The position numbers were made by a program, and so were the translations under genes. From Trichoplax sp. H2 (Eukaryota): a stretch of 64,000 nucleotides of DNA. The stretch covers positions 1 to 64,000 of the forward strand of contig NOWV01000016.1 of assembly GCA_003344405.1 (NCBI GenBank). The letters are read 5' to 3'. Of the stretch, positions 35,204 to 47,679 are shown one piece after another; position 1 is the first letter of the stretch, and each line of letters begins with the position of its first letter. The notes beneath the pieces were generated by a model. That model was not told the origin of the DNA, searched no databases, and saw nothing but the letters and a program-made list of their open reading frames with translations.

Positions 35204-35775
35204 ATACAGTATGTAAAAAGTTTTTAAAAATTCAAAAACCATAATAACCCCTATGGTAACTCCAACCATCCACTGTCGCCATAAGACATTGAGACCCTGG
35301 AGAATAAACAGTGACCGTAATCATAGTACAGTACAGTATGTAAAAACATTTCTAAATTCTAAAAGCATAATAACTCCCATAGTAATTCTAACCATCAACT
35401 GTCGCCATTAGACATGGAGACCCTAGGGTGTAAAACAGTGACAGTAATCATAGTCCAGTGCAGTATTGTAGTGATTTCAGCTAATTACAGTAGTTTAGAG
35501 CTAATAACCCGTACACTACAAGTATGTAAAAACATTTTTAAAATTCCAAAACCATAATAACTCCTATAGTAACTCTAACCATCAACTGTCGCCATTAGAC
35601 ATTGAGATCCTAGAGAACAAACCAGTGACAGTAGTCCTTCTGTACAGTATGTAAACCAATTTTCAAAATTCGAAAGCCATAACAACCCTTATAGTAACTC
35701 TAATTATGAACTGTCGTCATTAGATATTTAGACGCTAGAGAATAAAACAGTGACAGTAATCATAGTACTGTACTC
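35204..35775. repeat. Tandem array C: 4 diverged copies of a ~128-bp unit
   Basis: Unit TACAGTATGTAAAAA...CCATAATAAC...ACTGTCGCCATTAGACATTGAGACCCT...AAACAGTGACAGTAATCATAG starting near 35204, 35332, 35517, 35643, with a spacer at about 35460-35516. Confidence 0.9.
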
Positions 35776-35794
35776 TGTACAGCATAGTATCATG

Positions 35795-35838
35795 GTCATG
35801 GGCTGCTAAATTCACCGGTGAATTTAGTAGGCCATGAC
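35795..35838. repeat. 44-bp loopless inverted repeat
   Basis: GTCATGGGCTGCTAAATTCACC|GGTGAATTTAGTAGGCCATGAC; central 22 bp perfect, 2 mismatched pairs overall. Confidence 0.9.
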
Positions 35839-36505
35839 AGTATATTATTTGCTCTACTAAAAAAGAAATAATGTCTGTCTGCTTCAGTGGTTTACAGACA
35901 AATGCGCAAGCTTGTCATTATTCTACTCTATTCTATTCTACGTACTCTATCGCTCAAATCACATCACGGACAGTACGAAATCAATTCGGCAGCGAATACA
36001 GTAGGCTTTCTCATTTTGAGCATCTCTTCTTTCTTGAATAATCTCTATTTCCAGTCTACTGAATGATTGATTATCCATTTCCTGTCCCTCTCTCTTTTTA
36101 CTATATTAAAAGATGTTTTTACTACGAAGAAAGATGATATGAACAAGTAGCGTGCAAAATAATTGTCAGCAATGGGGAGCGATGAAGAACCACAGTACTG
36201 TACTGTATAGGGTACAGTACAATACACTCTACACTACAGTACAGGACATTACAAGAAAGGCTTCTAACTAGTGTGCAAAACAATTGTCATCAATCACCAG
36301 CGATAAAGAACTACAGTACAAGAAGGGCCTCTTCTACACTGTAGAATCTACAGTAGAGTACTGTACAGTACAGTAGTAGCCACATTATACTGTACACTGT
36401 AGCAGAATAAAAGGTAGAAACTGAGGTGGTTTCCATCAAGAGTTAAAGCCGGATAGGATATAGCTAGATGCTTCTTCATTTTGTTAATCACCACTGTTAA
36501 AGCTA

Positions 36506-39500
36506 ATGTGGAGAAATTATATCTGTCGTATTAGCCGATCCTCGGTATCCAACTGTATGCTTGCATATCGCAAGATTACAACTCCAGGCATAAGATGCTG
36601 CAGCAGTTTAGGTCGGCTGGACAATCTTGCATCTTACTTAATACTACCTGTAATTTTGCACAATATTTCGCAGTCAAATATTCGAGTGTAGCACGGTAAA
36701 AGGATATAGTAATATCAAATTTTCCTAAATACTTTAATGCTTTTAATATACGTATATATAGGTATAGTGAGACTGCATGCACACTATACACTAGTACTCA
36801 ACTCGATCACCTTCAATGGAGACTAAAAAGATGCATTTCCAGATGTTGTACTGTACGATACTATACGAGTATCCATGTGCTACACTTAGGATCAAGATCT
36901 GCAGATGTCATGGCATTTCATTTATGGCTGTCAATACTAACATTGTGCTCACATTATCGGACTATTTACAGCCAAATATTGCTCTAGAAGTCATACATGT
37001 GGTCAGTTACGTAAAGAAGATGCAGGACAGGAAGTAAAATTATACGGATGGGTTCGCCATATTAGGTATGGATGAATACTTCCAATCAGCCATAAATTCA
37101 CAATGACTGATCAATGACACTCATGAACTGCTGAAATGATACTTATTAAAATTCAATCTACGCTTTCTGATAGCCTATAAATTCCATTTAACGCTGCTAC
37201 TTATATTTCTTGTACCATGAATAAAGTCTTAATCTGTTAGTGAGTGTATACAATTATAATTGAACGATATACAAGTATGATGAACAAATGAATTAAGAAT
37301 AACAGTATTTCAAACCTGTATACAAGTAGCATACAGGATGACCGTAGCACAATTATTCAGCAGTTGAGCAGTTACATCTTCGAGCCTAAATAGCCCAATA
37401 AGAATGCATAAATTGACTTATGATAATACTCGTATGGAGGTAGCGTAATGGGATGGTTAATGTACTCGTACACATATTTCCCCAAAATAGAAGATCAATA
37501 ACTTATTGAACAGTGTTTATTTTGTACTTACAAGCAGATTGCACACTGTGATACTAACAATTAATTCAAGTTTTAGTTGTTGAAGCTGAATTAAAATCGT
37601 TTCTCAAAATTGGATATTATATCGTGTATGGCAATATTTATAGGCGATTTGTCGATGGTCCATTCTTTCTAACTTTGCATGACGCTTATGGCAGCACTCA
37701 GCTCTTCGTCAAGGTATTTAGAATGATTTACGTCAATTATGCTAACTATCGATATGGTTATAACTGAGCGTCTTTGCGTATCTTTTCGAATAGTAATTCT
37801 AATTACAGCTAATCAGTATATTGATTTGTATATTAGCATGCAGTCTTGAGCTATCTGCTATATTAACGTAGCATTTAAATACTTACAATTATTTCAGTTG
37901 CATAAAAATGCATAATCAATCTATAAATAAAATATAATTGCATAAAGAAATTAAAGTGAAACTATCTATTTCAGAATAGTCTTACCTTAAATACTGTACA
38001 CTATGCAACTGGGTGATATTTAGTACTGTAATTTTACGTGGTAATAGTGTGCTGCATTGCAATTATCTACATTGGGATTTTATCTGATGCTCTTCAAAAA
38101 CTACGTGTTGCATTTGTAGAAAACTTCCCCAGTTTACAATATACTTGAAAAACTGTCGGTGGAGAGTGTGATTGGTATCACTGGAACTGTCAATGCAAGA
38201 CCTGAAAATATGATTAATAAGGTGATAATCAATCAATAGCTATAGTTATTGTACATAGATCAAAATCTATCTCAATCAACAATTTTAGGATATGCCTACC
38301 GGAGAAATTGAAGTAGTTGTTGACAACGTAAATATTGTCAACCAAGCTGAAGAACTACCAATTCAAGTATCCGATAAAGGATACAAGGTTTTAACAAATA
38401 TTTTATTTTCAATCAATTTAGTATTAGCTTACTATTAGTCACTGAAAAATTTGCATACATTTCCAATTTTTTACCACTAATTTAGCTGATATTGTTATTA
38501 GCATTTAACCAGAGAAATGTAAAATTTTTTTATTTTGGTAGGCAAAGGATGAGCTTAAATTACAGTATAGATACGTCGACTTACGGTCTTCGAATTTGCA
38601 ACAAAATTTGAGATTAAGGTCCAATATCGTCATGGCAATGCGAAAATTTCTAATTGATCGAGCAGGTATTATAGAGAAGCATACAGCAAATGTAGCCAGT
38701 GACGCTAGGTGGTCTAATATAATACAGTCGAAAATGTTTAAATTTTTTAAATAAATGTCCTATATTAGGTTTTGCTGAAGTTGAAACTCCGACATTGTTT
38801 AAAAGGACACCAGAAGTAAAACTCTCTGACTATCTTTCTAATTAAACCATACTGGATGACACTCGCAATCGAAAATGAAGCTTATACTGTACTTTCACTA
38901 TTACAGGGTGCTAGAGAATTTTTAGTTCCTACCAGGCAGCCTGAATTATTCTATACTTTAGTTCAAAGCCCGCAACAGGTTAATTCTATTTTCGTTTGTA
39001 ATTCTATATACAATAAATGAAATGGATTTACTAATTTTAATGCTATCAAGTTAGAATAAATTCTAATGCACTATCAAACTTGATCAATAGTTCAAACAAC
39101 TTCTCATGGTTGGGGGATTAGATCGGTAAGTATTTTATTCTTTGATGCAGTTTAATAAATTTAATTGCATTTAAAATTCTATTATTATACTGTATTGCAT
39201 ATACACATTTTGATGAGAAACTTTCCATCACGTAGATATTTTCAGTTCGCAAGGTGTTACCGTGATGAGGATTCTAGAGCTGATAGACAGCCAGAATTTA
39301 CTCAGGTATACTATATAAAGTCAAACTAACCGTACATGATGTAAAGAAACTAACGAATTATGTTTTCGTAGCTTGACTTGGAGATGTCATTCGTTAATCA
39401 GTATGACATTCAAAGTCTTATTGAAGATATGATTCACGATATTTGGCCCATTACTGGACATAAGCTCTCGACACCAATTCCATTTCCTAGAATGTCGTTT

Positions 39501-41278
39501 GCCGATGCAGTTACAAAGGTTCCATGTGTTAAATAACTTTTAACTGAGTATCCTTTAAACTCGATACTGCAGAGAAAATTAATATTAATTTTTGTGTTAT
39601 AACTATAGTATGGCTCCGATAAGCCGGACGTAAGATTTGATATGAAGGTTCGCAAAAAAAAATTATGTTGTTATTAAAATGATGCTGTTGTAAATTTTTA
39701 CTATAAAAATGTATAAAATTTCAACTTAGATCCACGATATTACCGAAGCAGTTGGTTATTTATTTGATGTTGACTCTAGTAGTAAGGCAACTGTTAAAGC
39801 GTCGATAATAGTTATACCTGGTGGTGAGGTACAGTATCTATAGAATTTGTACATTATGGAGATAATATGCACAACTAAGAAAAATATCTATGACGTTGTA
39901 TTCGCTAACAGTATGCCTACATGATTTCTTTTAGAACCATTTCAAGAACAAGGAGTTAAACCAAATTCATGATTTCGTTGACAAAAATGACACAGGGGTA
40001 GGCAAATATTAGATTTTTCGTTTGGCGATGGAGTAAGATATAGACTAACGCTGTCATTCTAACATCCTAAATTTAGAAAATTACTATGTTGCGTATACGG
40101 GAAGATGGTAGTTGGAAAGGTAATATCTCATCTGATTTCCAACTCAAGTTGAAGTCCCAGTTACAAAATGAAAAAGCAATCAAACCTGGAGATTTGGTTA
40201 TTTTATCTGCTGGAGTAAACTATAAACCTGTAAGCATATCAATATAAGTAATACGATTTTATCTATTACTTTTTAATATCTTTTCTCGTTAGAATCTTTT
40301 GTTAGGTAAGCTGCGTTTGTTTTGTGCTGATTTATTGGAAGCAAAAGGTTAGACTTTTGATATAAAAACAACTTTTTCAGTTTTCTGTTTCTACTTTTTA
40401 AAATTTTTAATCGATCTTTTTACTATTATAAGGCATCCAACTCCGGGATCCCAACGAATTTAAATTTTTATGGGTTGAAGATTTTCCACTTTTTACACTT
40501 AATGATGAATCAGGTCTACATAAAATTTTCTCTCGCAGAACTAGTAGCTACGCGTTTGCTGATATAGCGTATTAATGCTTTCAGACTCTATGATTGAATC
40601 CACACATCACCCCTTTACCGCACCAGTAGCAGAGGACGTCAATATTCTGTTTACCGATCCCTTAAAGGTTAGTTCTGCTATTTACCTATGCACTCATAAT
40701 GTAATTTTAATAGCCAGTCTATCAGTATTAGATACAAAATAGCACATTTTGCAAACAGTTTTGATGTACATAATTATTGTACTGCTTTAGGTACTGGGAC
40801 AACATTATGATCTCGTGCTTAATGGTAATGAAGTTGGCGGAGGATCTATTCGAGTTCACGATTTCAATCTGCAAACTCAAATTTTTGAAAAGATATTAAA
40901 GGTTTGTAGAAAATTTTCTTAAAGCATATCGATGCTCCTTGTAACGATCCGTATTTTTCTTATAGGTCAATGCCTCTCAATTTAAACACCTGTTAAAGGG
41001 CCTTAAATCCGGATGTCCACCCCATGGAGGAATAGCATTAGGTTAGCTATTAAAATTACTCGGTTGAATCATACAGTAAATGTCTGAACAACGGAACGTT
41101 TTTATTAGGGTTTGATCGTTTTATGGCTGTTCTGTGCAACTCAAGCAGTCTACGGGATGTAATTGCGTTTCCTAAATCTGCATCTGGTAAAGATTTATTG
41201 ACTGAGGCTCCATCTACTGTTAGCAATGAATATCTCTCAGAATATCATATCCGTAGTCTTTCGCTAAAAACAGACTAA
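36506..41278 (+). CDS. DARS2: Mitochondrial aspartyl-tRNA synthetase, multi-exon
   Basis: Transit-like N-terminus; RSHTCGQLR...[108 protein letters not shown]; stop 41276-41278. Confidence 0.95.
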
Positions 41279-42486
41279 TGTAAGAAATCTGCAATGTCAA
41301 TGATTTTACAAAATCTTCGTGATACCTAATATGACATGGTATCCTCTTTCGCAAGTTCGCTGGCCGCAATTTATTGTATTCTTGAGGGCAATTATATTTT
41401 ATTACCAGAATTGAACCGATGTTACTTGAATACTCAAGTTAAGTAGAGTTCAATTTTTACTAATTTCGCTTTATTGCCTTTGTAATTATTTTTCTTAATT
41501 CATTAATAGAGGCACATTGTGTATGTGAAATATTTGGAATATGTACATTTTTATAACATGTTGATATGTGCTGATGTGTATGCATACGTCTGCTATGTAT
41601 TACGGAATACATAGTATAGAACGGTATCATACCACTTTGTTATAAGTTTGAATAACATAGCTTGTTCAAAAATGCAGAATCGCCTCAAAATTGATTTGGC
41701 AATGCTTTAAAGATCAAAAAATTTACCTTGAGTAAATAGTATATTCTTTGCAGTTGCATTTAGTTGATATATTAGATGCAGTTAGCAACGGTTACGAATA
41801 CTTTATTACGACGTCAATTATTCTATATAAGAGTTGGTTATAATTAATTTATATTTATTGTAATAATTTTTATGGTGAAGGTATTTGACGTACGCTTGTT
41901 GTAATGCCGATTTCTGAGTGTATTTTATCTAATATTCAAGTATTTATGTACAGTATTTTAAAAGTCTTTGCACGGTAGAACTTAGTATAGTAGCCTACAT
42001 ATTCAATGAAGATTACCTATTTTTTCATTGGTTGTTTATGAAACGAATGTGATAGATATTTAGTAGATAATTATGGTAAACGCCCTGTATTAATACCCGC
42101 ATTAATACGGATAATGGATTTGAGTTGTCTATTACATTGGTATCAGATTTTTATTTTCTTTTAAACCTTGCATCAATTATTTTTATGCTATTTACATCTG
42201 TATACCGATATCAAGTTAATAAGATAAACTTTAATTCAGGCGTATAATTTTTAGTCCTCGTAGTACTGTAAATGATATAGCTTTGGCTTGTCAGCTATGT
42301 CTATCTGCTATGCTTTCACAAATTAAATGTAATTTCCTTAGTTTTATATTACAGTTTTAAAATAAAGTACAGTACGCTATGGACAAACATTAAAACACAG
42401 CTTCTCTTTACAGCAACAACTGTCTATAAAAAAAATATACTTTGACAATAAATTAATATACGCGTAGAAGTGATTAAGATTTAGGA

Positions 42487-44753
42487 TCAAACGTTAGAAT
42501 TTACATTTGCGCTTTGCATTCCCTTATTTAATAATGCACCCCAATCACGTACTTTAAAACGACATAGAAAATTGAAAACGTTAGCAAGCATTCCTTCATC
42601 AAAGGGGTTCTGATCCTCTTGTAAATGTTTTAAGTACGTGATGCGAGAATGCGAGACAAATTCCCAAGTAGTTTTACCGGAGAAAATGAGAACGGTATGA
42701 CAACATAATAAACTAGCGGAGATAATCATAAAAAAGACTAAGACTACTAAGGCAAAAATGTTGATAATATGAGATCCAAAAGTTGAACTTAAATTGCCTT
42801 TCCACATGATAGATGTCCTATACAGTAGTATAAAAAATTTAAACGTTATTATTTATCTTTAACATCAAGTTATATATCACAGTACTTTATAAGAAACTAT
42901 GGGGCAACATTAGAAAGCGTCGTTGATTGAAAGTTACAGCGTTTGCAACAGACCATTCCAATGCACGCAGAATAGGTTATAAGGTCTACGATTTATTAAT
43001 ATATTGTTATTATTTACTTACCAAGTAATTCGAATTGTCCAAATAATTAACGTTGATTCGACTAATAAGAACGCCCAAAAGAATCGATGATTACGTTCTC
43101 CAATACAGTTAGCTACCCAAGGGCAATGATGATCCCAACGGCGAATACATCTTTTACAATCAGCACAGTGCTTAGCACGGATAGGTTGTATAGTGCGGCA
43201 AAAACCACAACGGCGAGGGACTATAGGCTTTGAGATTTTATTCCGTGTCGTATGCTGTTGATCATTTGCTTTATATTCTTCATTTTCAGAAGGTACTGGA
43301 TCTTGTTGCGGCTGAGTAGTCAAACTGCTATCGATTAACTTGATTATGTCACAAAAAGTACCATAAGAATACTTTATTAGAGGAAGGATGATGTTAAACT
43401 AGAACAGTATCTATCGTATTGTACGTATATCATTAATTTTGTAACTACGAATGACTTTGTCTCTTAGCGGAAAGACTAAGTTTTACGTCGCAAGAGTCTA
43501 CTACATGTTCTCTTCTCTGTTGTTAAACTATATCAGAAAAATTGCTAATTGTTGTCTTATAAACTTATTCAATATAGTTATTACAACACTGTTTATTGCT
43601 TAAAAATTAATTTTATAGGGCTAGAGATTATCGATAATAATTGATTATCTATTCCCTAACTAAAAGTATACTTGTATAGTATACTATAGAAAAGTACTTT
43701 AAGTACATTTTTTGAATAATGAAATCATTTCGATTTACAAGTGTAGTATAAACGTTCTTGATCAAAATTACATTCTACTCTACAGAGTGCTTGATATTCG
43801 TATAACAATCCATCATATCCCTACTACAGCTGATGTCGATAAAAAGATCAAACGCTATGCAGCATGATGTAAAGGGAAAAAACAACTTACATTTTCTTCA
43901 TCAGCATGGTGATTGTACGTCAAATTACAATTATCGTCTCCATCTTGAACATAACCAGGATCAATAAAAGACGTGATAAAGTAAAGAGCAAAAGAGACGC
44001 TTAGCAAGCCAAAATAAAAGCCAGTATATAAGACTGATGAAGTGTCCTCCATTTTCATAGCGTTGCTCAGTTCTGTTTGCCATGATGTCAAAAGAATTCA
44101 AGAAATCAATTACTGCGTTGAGTAGGCTACGCTAGCATATTGTATTAACTATTTACGTAAACTATTTTCTAGTAAAGTAATTAGGTATCTATCACGACAT
44201 TATATCATCACCACTAAGCAAGCAAGTTATGATGATCTTGACAATCGTCACGATTAGAATTGACTAGGATGAAAATATCCCGGTTACTCCTTTCAAGTTG
44301 TAAGCAGTACACTGGGTACAGTATCTACGTATCATCAATTTAAATTTCTTCATATTATTTATTTAACTTGTGCTCGACATATAACGTCGTTCTCCACCGA
44401 TGCTATTGATCCTCGTCATGTAACGCAATGATGATGGCTATTTTAAGTGCTATCATCAGGCAGTAACATTCTAACATTCTTATTCGTTACTTCTATCGCA
44501 TTTCCAACGGTAACTCCAACTTGGGAGTAGCAAAACGAGCGTACTGTTTGGAGTACTTACAGTATAATGGATAGTTTACATATGTAGTCGATTCTTTATG
44601 ACCAATCTTACCTGAATTTTTCAATGTAATAATAATCACGATCGCTGTAGTGATGGCGACATGAATTAATCTCATAACCATGAAAGGCCAGTTAATGGCT
44701 GGACATAATTTCTTTTTCGAGCGGCCTAATTTCTTATACTTGACTTTGGCCAT
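42487..44753 (-). CDS. ZDHHC12: DHHC palmitoyltransferase, ZDHHC12-like, 4 exons
   Basis: [62 protein letters not shown]...NPFDEG; the RRC..C, GERNH and TTWEF/RI.YL pattern fits the ZDHHC12 subfamily. Confidence 0.85.
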
Positions 44754-44905
44754 CTTGTCGTTTGGGAATGGATGACGTCAAGATGACTTCGACAGCATTA
44801 CCGGTACGGTAATGCTGTACTGTACTGTACGTCGAGGTTTTCCTGGTCTGGTCCGGTCCGGACCACTGACTGATACAGTCCGGTACTGGTACCAGTACCG
44901 AGGCT

Positions 44906-45467
44906 GAGGAGAAAGAAGAAACTTTAGTACAGTAGAGTTCTACTCGACGCTTAAGGGAAAACCTCGAAAAGATTATGTAAAGTCTTTGCAAGTTGAAAGG
45001 TTACGAGACTTGATGAGGAGAAAGAAGAACAGTAGTAGATCAGTATGGTTCTACTGAAGACCTAAGAAGGGAAAACCTCGAAAAGATTACGTAAAGCCTT
45101 TGCAAGTTGAAAGGTTACGAGACTTGATGAGGAGAAAGAAGAACTGTAGTAGATCAGTATGGTTCTACTGAACACCTAATAACGGAAAACCTCCAAAAGA
45201 TTATGTAAAGCCTTTGCAAGTTGAAAGGTTATGAGACTTGATGAGGAGAAAGAAGAACAGTAGTAGATCAGTATGGTTCTACTGAACACCTAATAACGGA
45301 AAACCTCCAAAAGATTACGTAAAGCCTTTGCAAGTTGAAAGGTTACGAGACTTGATGAGGAGAAAGAAGAACTGTAGTAGATCAGTATGGTTCTACTGGA
45401 CACCTAAGAAGGGAAACCTCGAAAAGATTACGTAATGCCTTTGCAAGTTGAAAGGTTACGAGACTTA
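44906..45467. repeat. Tandem array D: 5 copies of a ~114-bp purine-rich unit
   Basis: Unit GAGGAGAAAGAAGAAC...GGAAAACCTC..AAAGATTA(C/T)GTAAAGCCTTTGCAAGTTGAAAGGTTACGAGACTT starting at 44906, 45015, 45129, 45243, 45357. Confidence 0.97.
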
Positions 45468-46075
45468 ATAAGGCAGTTGATCGGTTTGCTGCAGCTAATT
45501 TTCAAGGTGAAAGTGGCTAAATGAGCTGTTGCCTGCCGATAGAGTACGGTAGACGTTTTGAGGGGCAGAGTAGAATGACCATAGGAAGGAGAAACCTGCA
45601 AATTTGGAGGGGGGAGCACTATACTGTACTGTACGCTTCTCTTCCTTAGTCGTTCCTACATTACTGTAGAGCTGTGCAAGGAGCTTAGAGGATTTATCCG
45701 CTACACCATTCATGCTATAAGAGGGCTATGGTGACATTAAGTTGCTGTGATCGTTGAATATTACTAGTGTACAGATCATAAATGACATAGTTATTGCTAT
45801 AGCATGGTTGTAAGCATTGGAGAATACCAATGAGCATGATAACAACACGATCATTGTACCGATCTCCCGAATCGAATCGGTAAGAGGAATTGGGTAGAAT
45901 TACTCTATGAGCAGACTGAAATAAAAATCACTCAGTATTGCAATTAGATATTTTACATTTGATCGAGCTCAGAATTCATCCATTGGATAATAGACGTCAT
46001 TAGACTCATTACGGTATTGGACTTAGTATCAACTAGGTCCTATTTACGCCTGAATATACGCATAAAGAGATCAGC

Positions 46076-46981
46076 TATGCAAAATGAGCGCTCCGTCTAC
46101 CTTGCAATGTGCCAAAGTAATACTGTAGTAATGGCCTTGTCAATGGGTAAACGCCATGCAAAATGAGCGCTAAGTCTACCTTGCAATATGCCATAGTAAT
46201 ACAGTAGTAATGGCCTTATCAGTGGGTAAACGCCATGCAAAATGAGCGCTCCGTCTACCTTAGAAGGTGCCATAGAAATGCAGTAGTAATGGCCATCATT
46301 ATCCGTGGATAAACACTATGCAAAATCAGCGCTCCGTCTACCTTAAAAGGTGCCATAGAAATGCAGTAGTAATGGCCATCATTATCCGTGGATAAACACT
46401 ATGCAAAATCAGCGCTCCGTCTACCTTGCTATGTGCCATAGTAATGCAGTAGTAATGGCCATCATTATCTGTGGATAAACACTATGCAAAATCAGCGCTC
46501 CGTCTACCTTAGAAGGTGCCATAGAAATGCAGTAGTAATGGCCATCATTATCTGTGGATAAACACTATGCAAAATCAGCGCCCCGTCTACCTTAGAAGGT
46601 GCCATAGAAATGCAGTAGTAATGGCCATCATTATCCGTGGATAAACACTATGCAAAATGAGCGCTCCGTCTACCTTGCTATGTGCCATAGTAATGCAGTA
46701 GTAGTGGCCATCATTATCTGTGGATAAACACTATGCAAAATGAGCGCTCCGTCTACCTTAGAATATGCTATAGAAATGCAGTAGTAATGGCCATCATTAT
46801 CCGTGGATAAACACTATGCAAAATCAGCGCTCCGTCTACCTTGCTATGTGCCATAGTAATGCAGTAGTAATGGCCATCCTTGTCAGTGGATAAACGCTAT
46901 GCAAAATCAGCGCTCCGTCTACCTTAGAATATGCCATAGTAATGCAGTAGTAATGGCCATCATTATCCTTGGATAAACACT
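46076..46981. repeat. Tandem array E: 11 copies of a 79-83-bp unit
   Basis: ATGCAAAA starts at 46077, 46156, 46235, 46318, 46401, 46484, 46567, 46650, 46733, 46816, 46899. Confidence 0.97.
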
Positions 46982-47679
46982 AAGGTTGTTGCTAACATCA
47001 TACTGTAGTAACATGGATACTAGAACAAGATATTGAGCGTAGTAGATTCCATTGCGCTATCAATTTGCGGTTACAACTAGTATTATACTAGGACATGAAC
47101 TATGTTTTTGGTACTTGGCCTACGGTTGTGAATATCGGCATTCATGACTAACGGCACTTGATTATAGCTTGCATCTTTCTGCTCTTCCTTGTCCTCTTGA
47201 GACCCAGTTTTGTTAAGGATTCCATCTTCCAGTCACAATGATCAAGACTTTCATGGTATAACGATAATTTGGGTCCTAGTGAGAAGAAGGAAACTAGTGA
47301 ATAGATCACAATCAGTAGCGATTATCGTGATTATAGTAAAATAGAGTGCAAGGTGGATCGTGCTCGCTTGCAGTATTCTTAGTCATCCCATCCGAAAGGA
47401 CAAATCGAAAGCTCAACTTTATTCAAGCTAGCGTTAGTAAAGTGGTGTAGAACATCTTTATTTTAAGGCTGTTGCTACATCAAATTACGTCTTAAGACAG
47501 CCATCTCTTCTTGCATCGAGATTGACCGTTGGGTTGTTATTAGATAGCGCCTTTCACTTACTAGTAGAGGTGCTGCAAGTATCATTGATATCCAGCTTTT
47601 TCAGACTGTAGCAAGTCTTGTACCGTTAAATCCTCTATTCTACTAGACGTGTTTTACTCCATCTTGGAAATTGATCTCA

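Noticed and set aside
44906-45467. 114-bp unit (multiple of 3) as a possible coding repeat
   Set aside because: The frames I read contain stops within each unit, and the ORF track shows no ORF spanning the array.
46076-46981. CRISPR-like regular repeat and DnaA-box matches (TGTGGATAA)
   Set aside because: No unique spacers, no cas genes, eukaryotic context; the DnaA-box match is coincidental.
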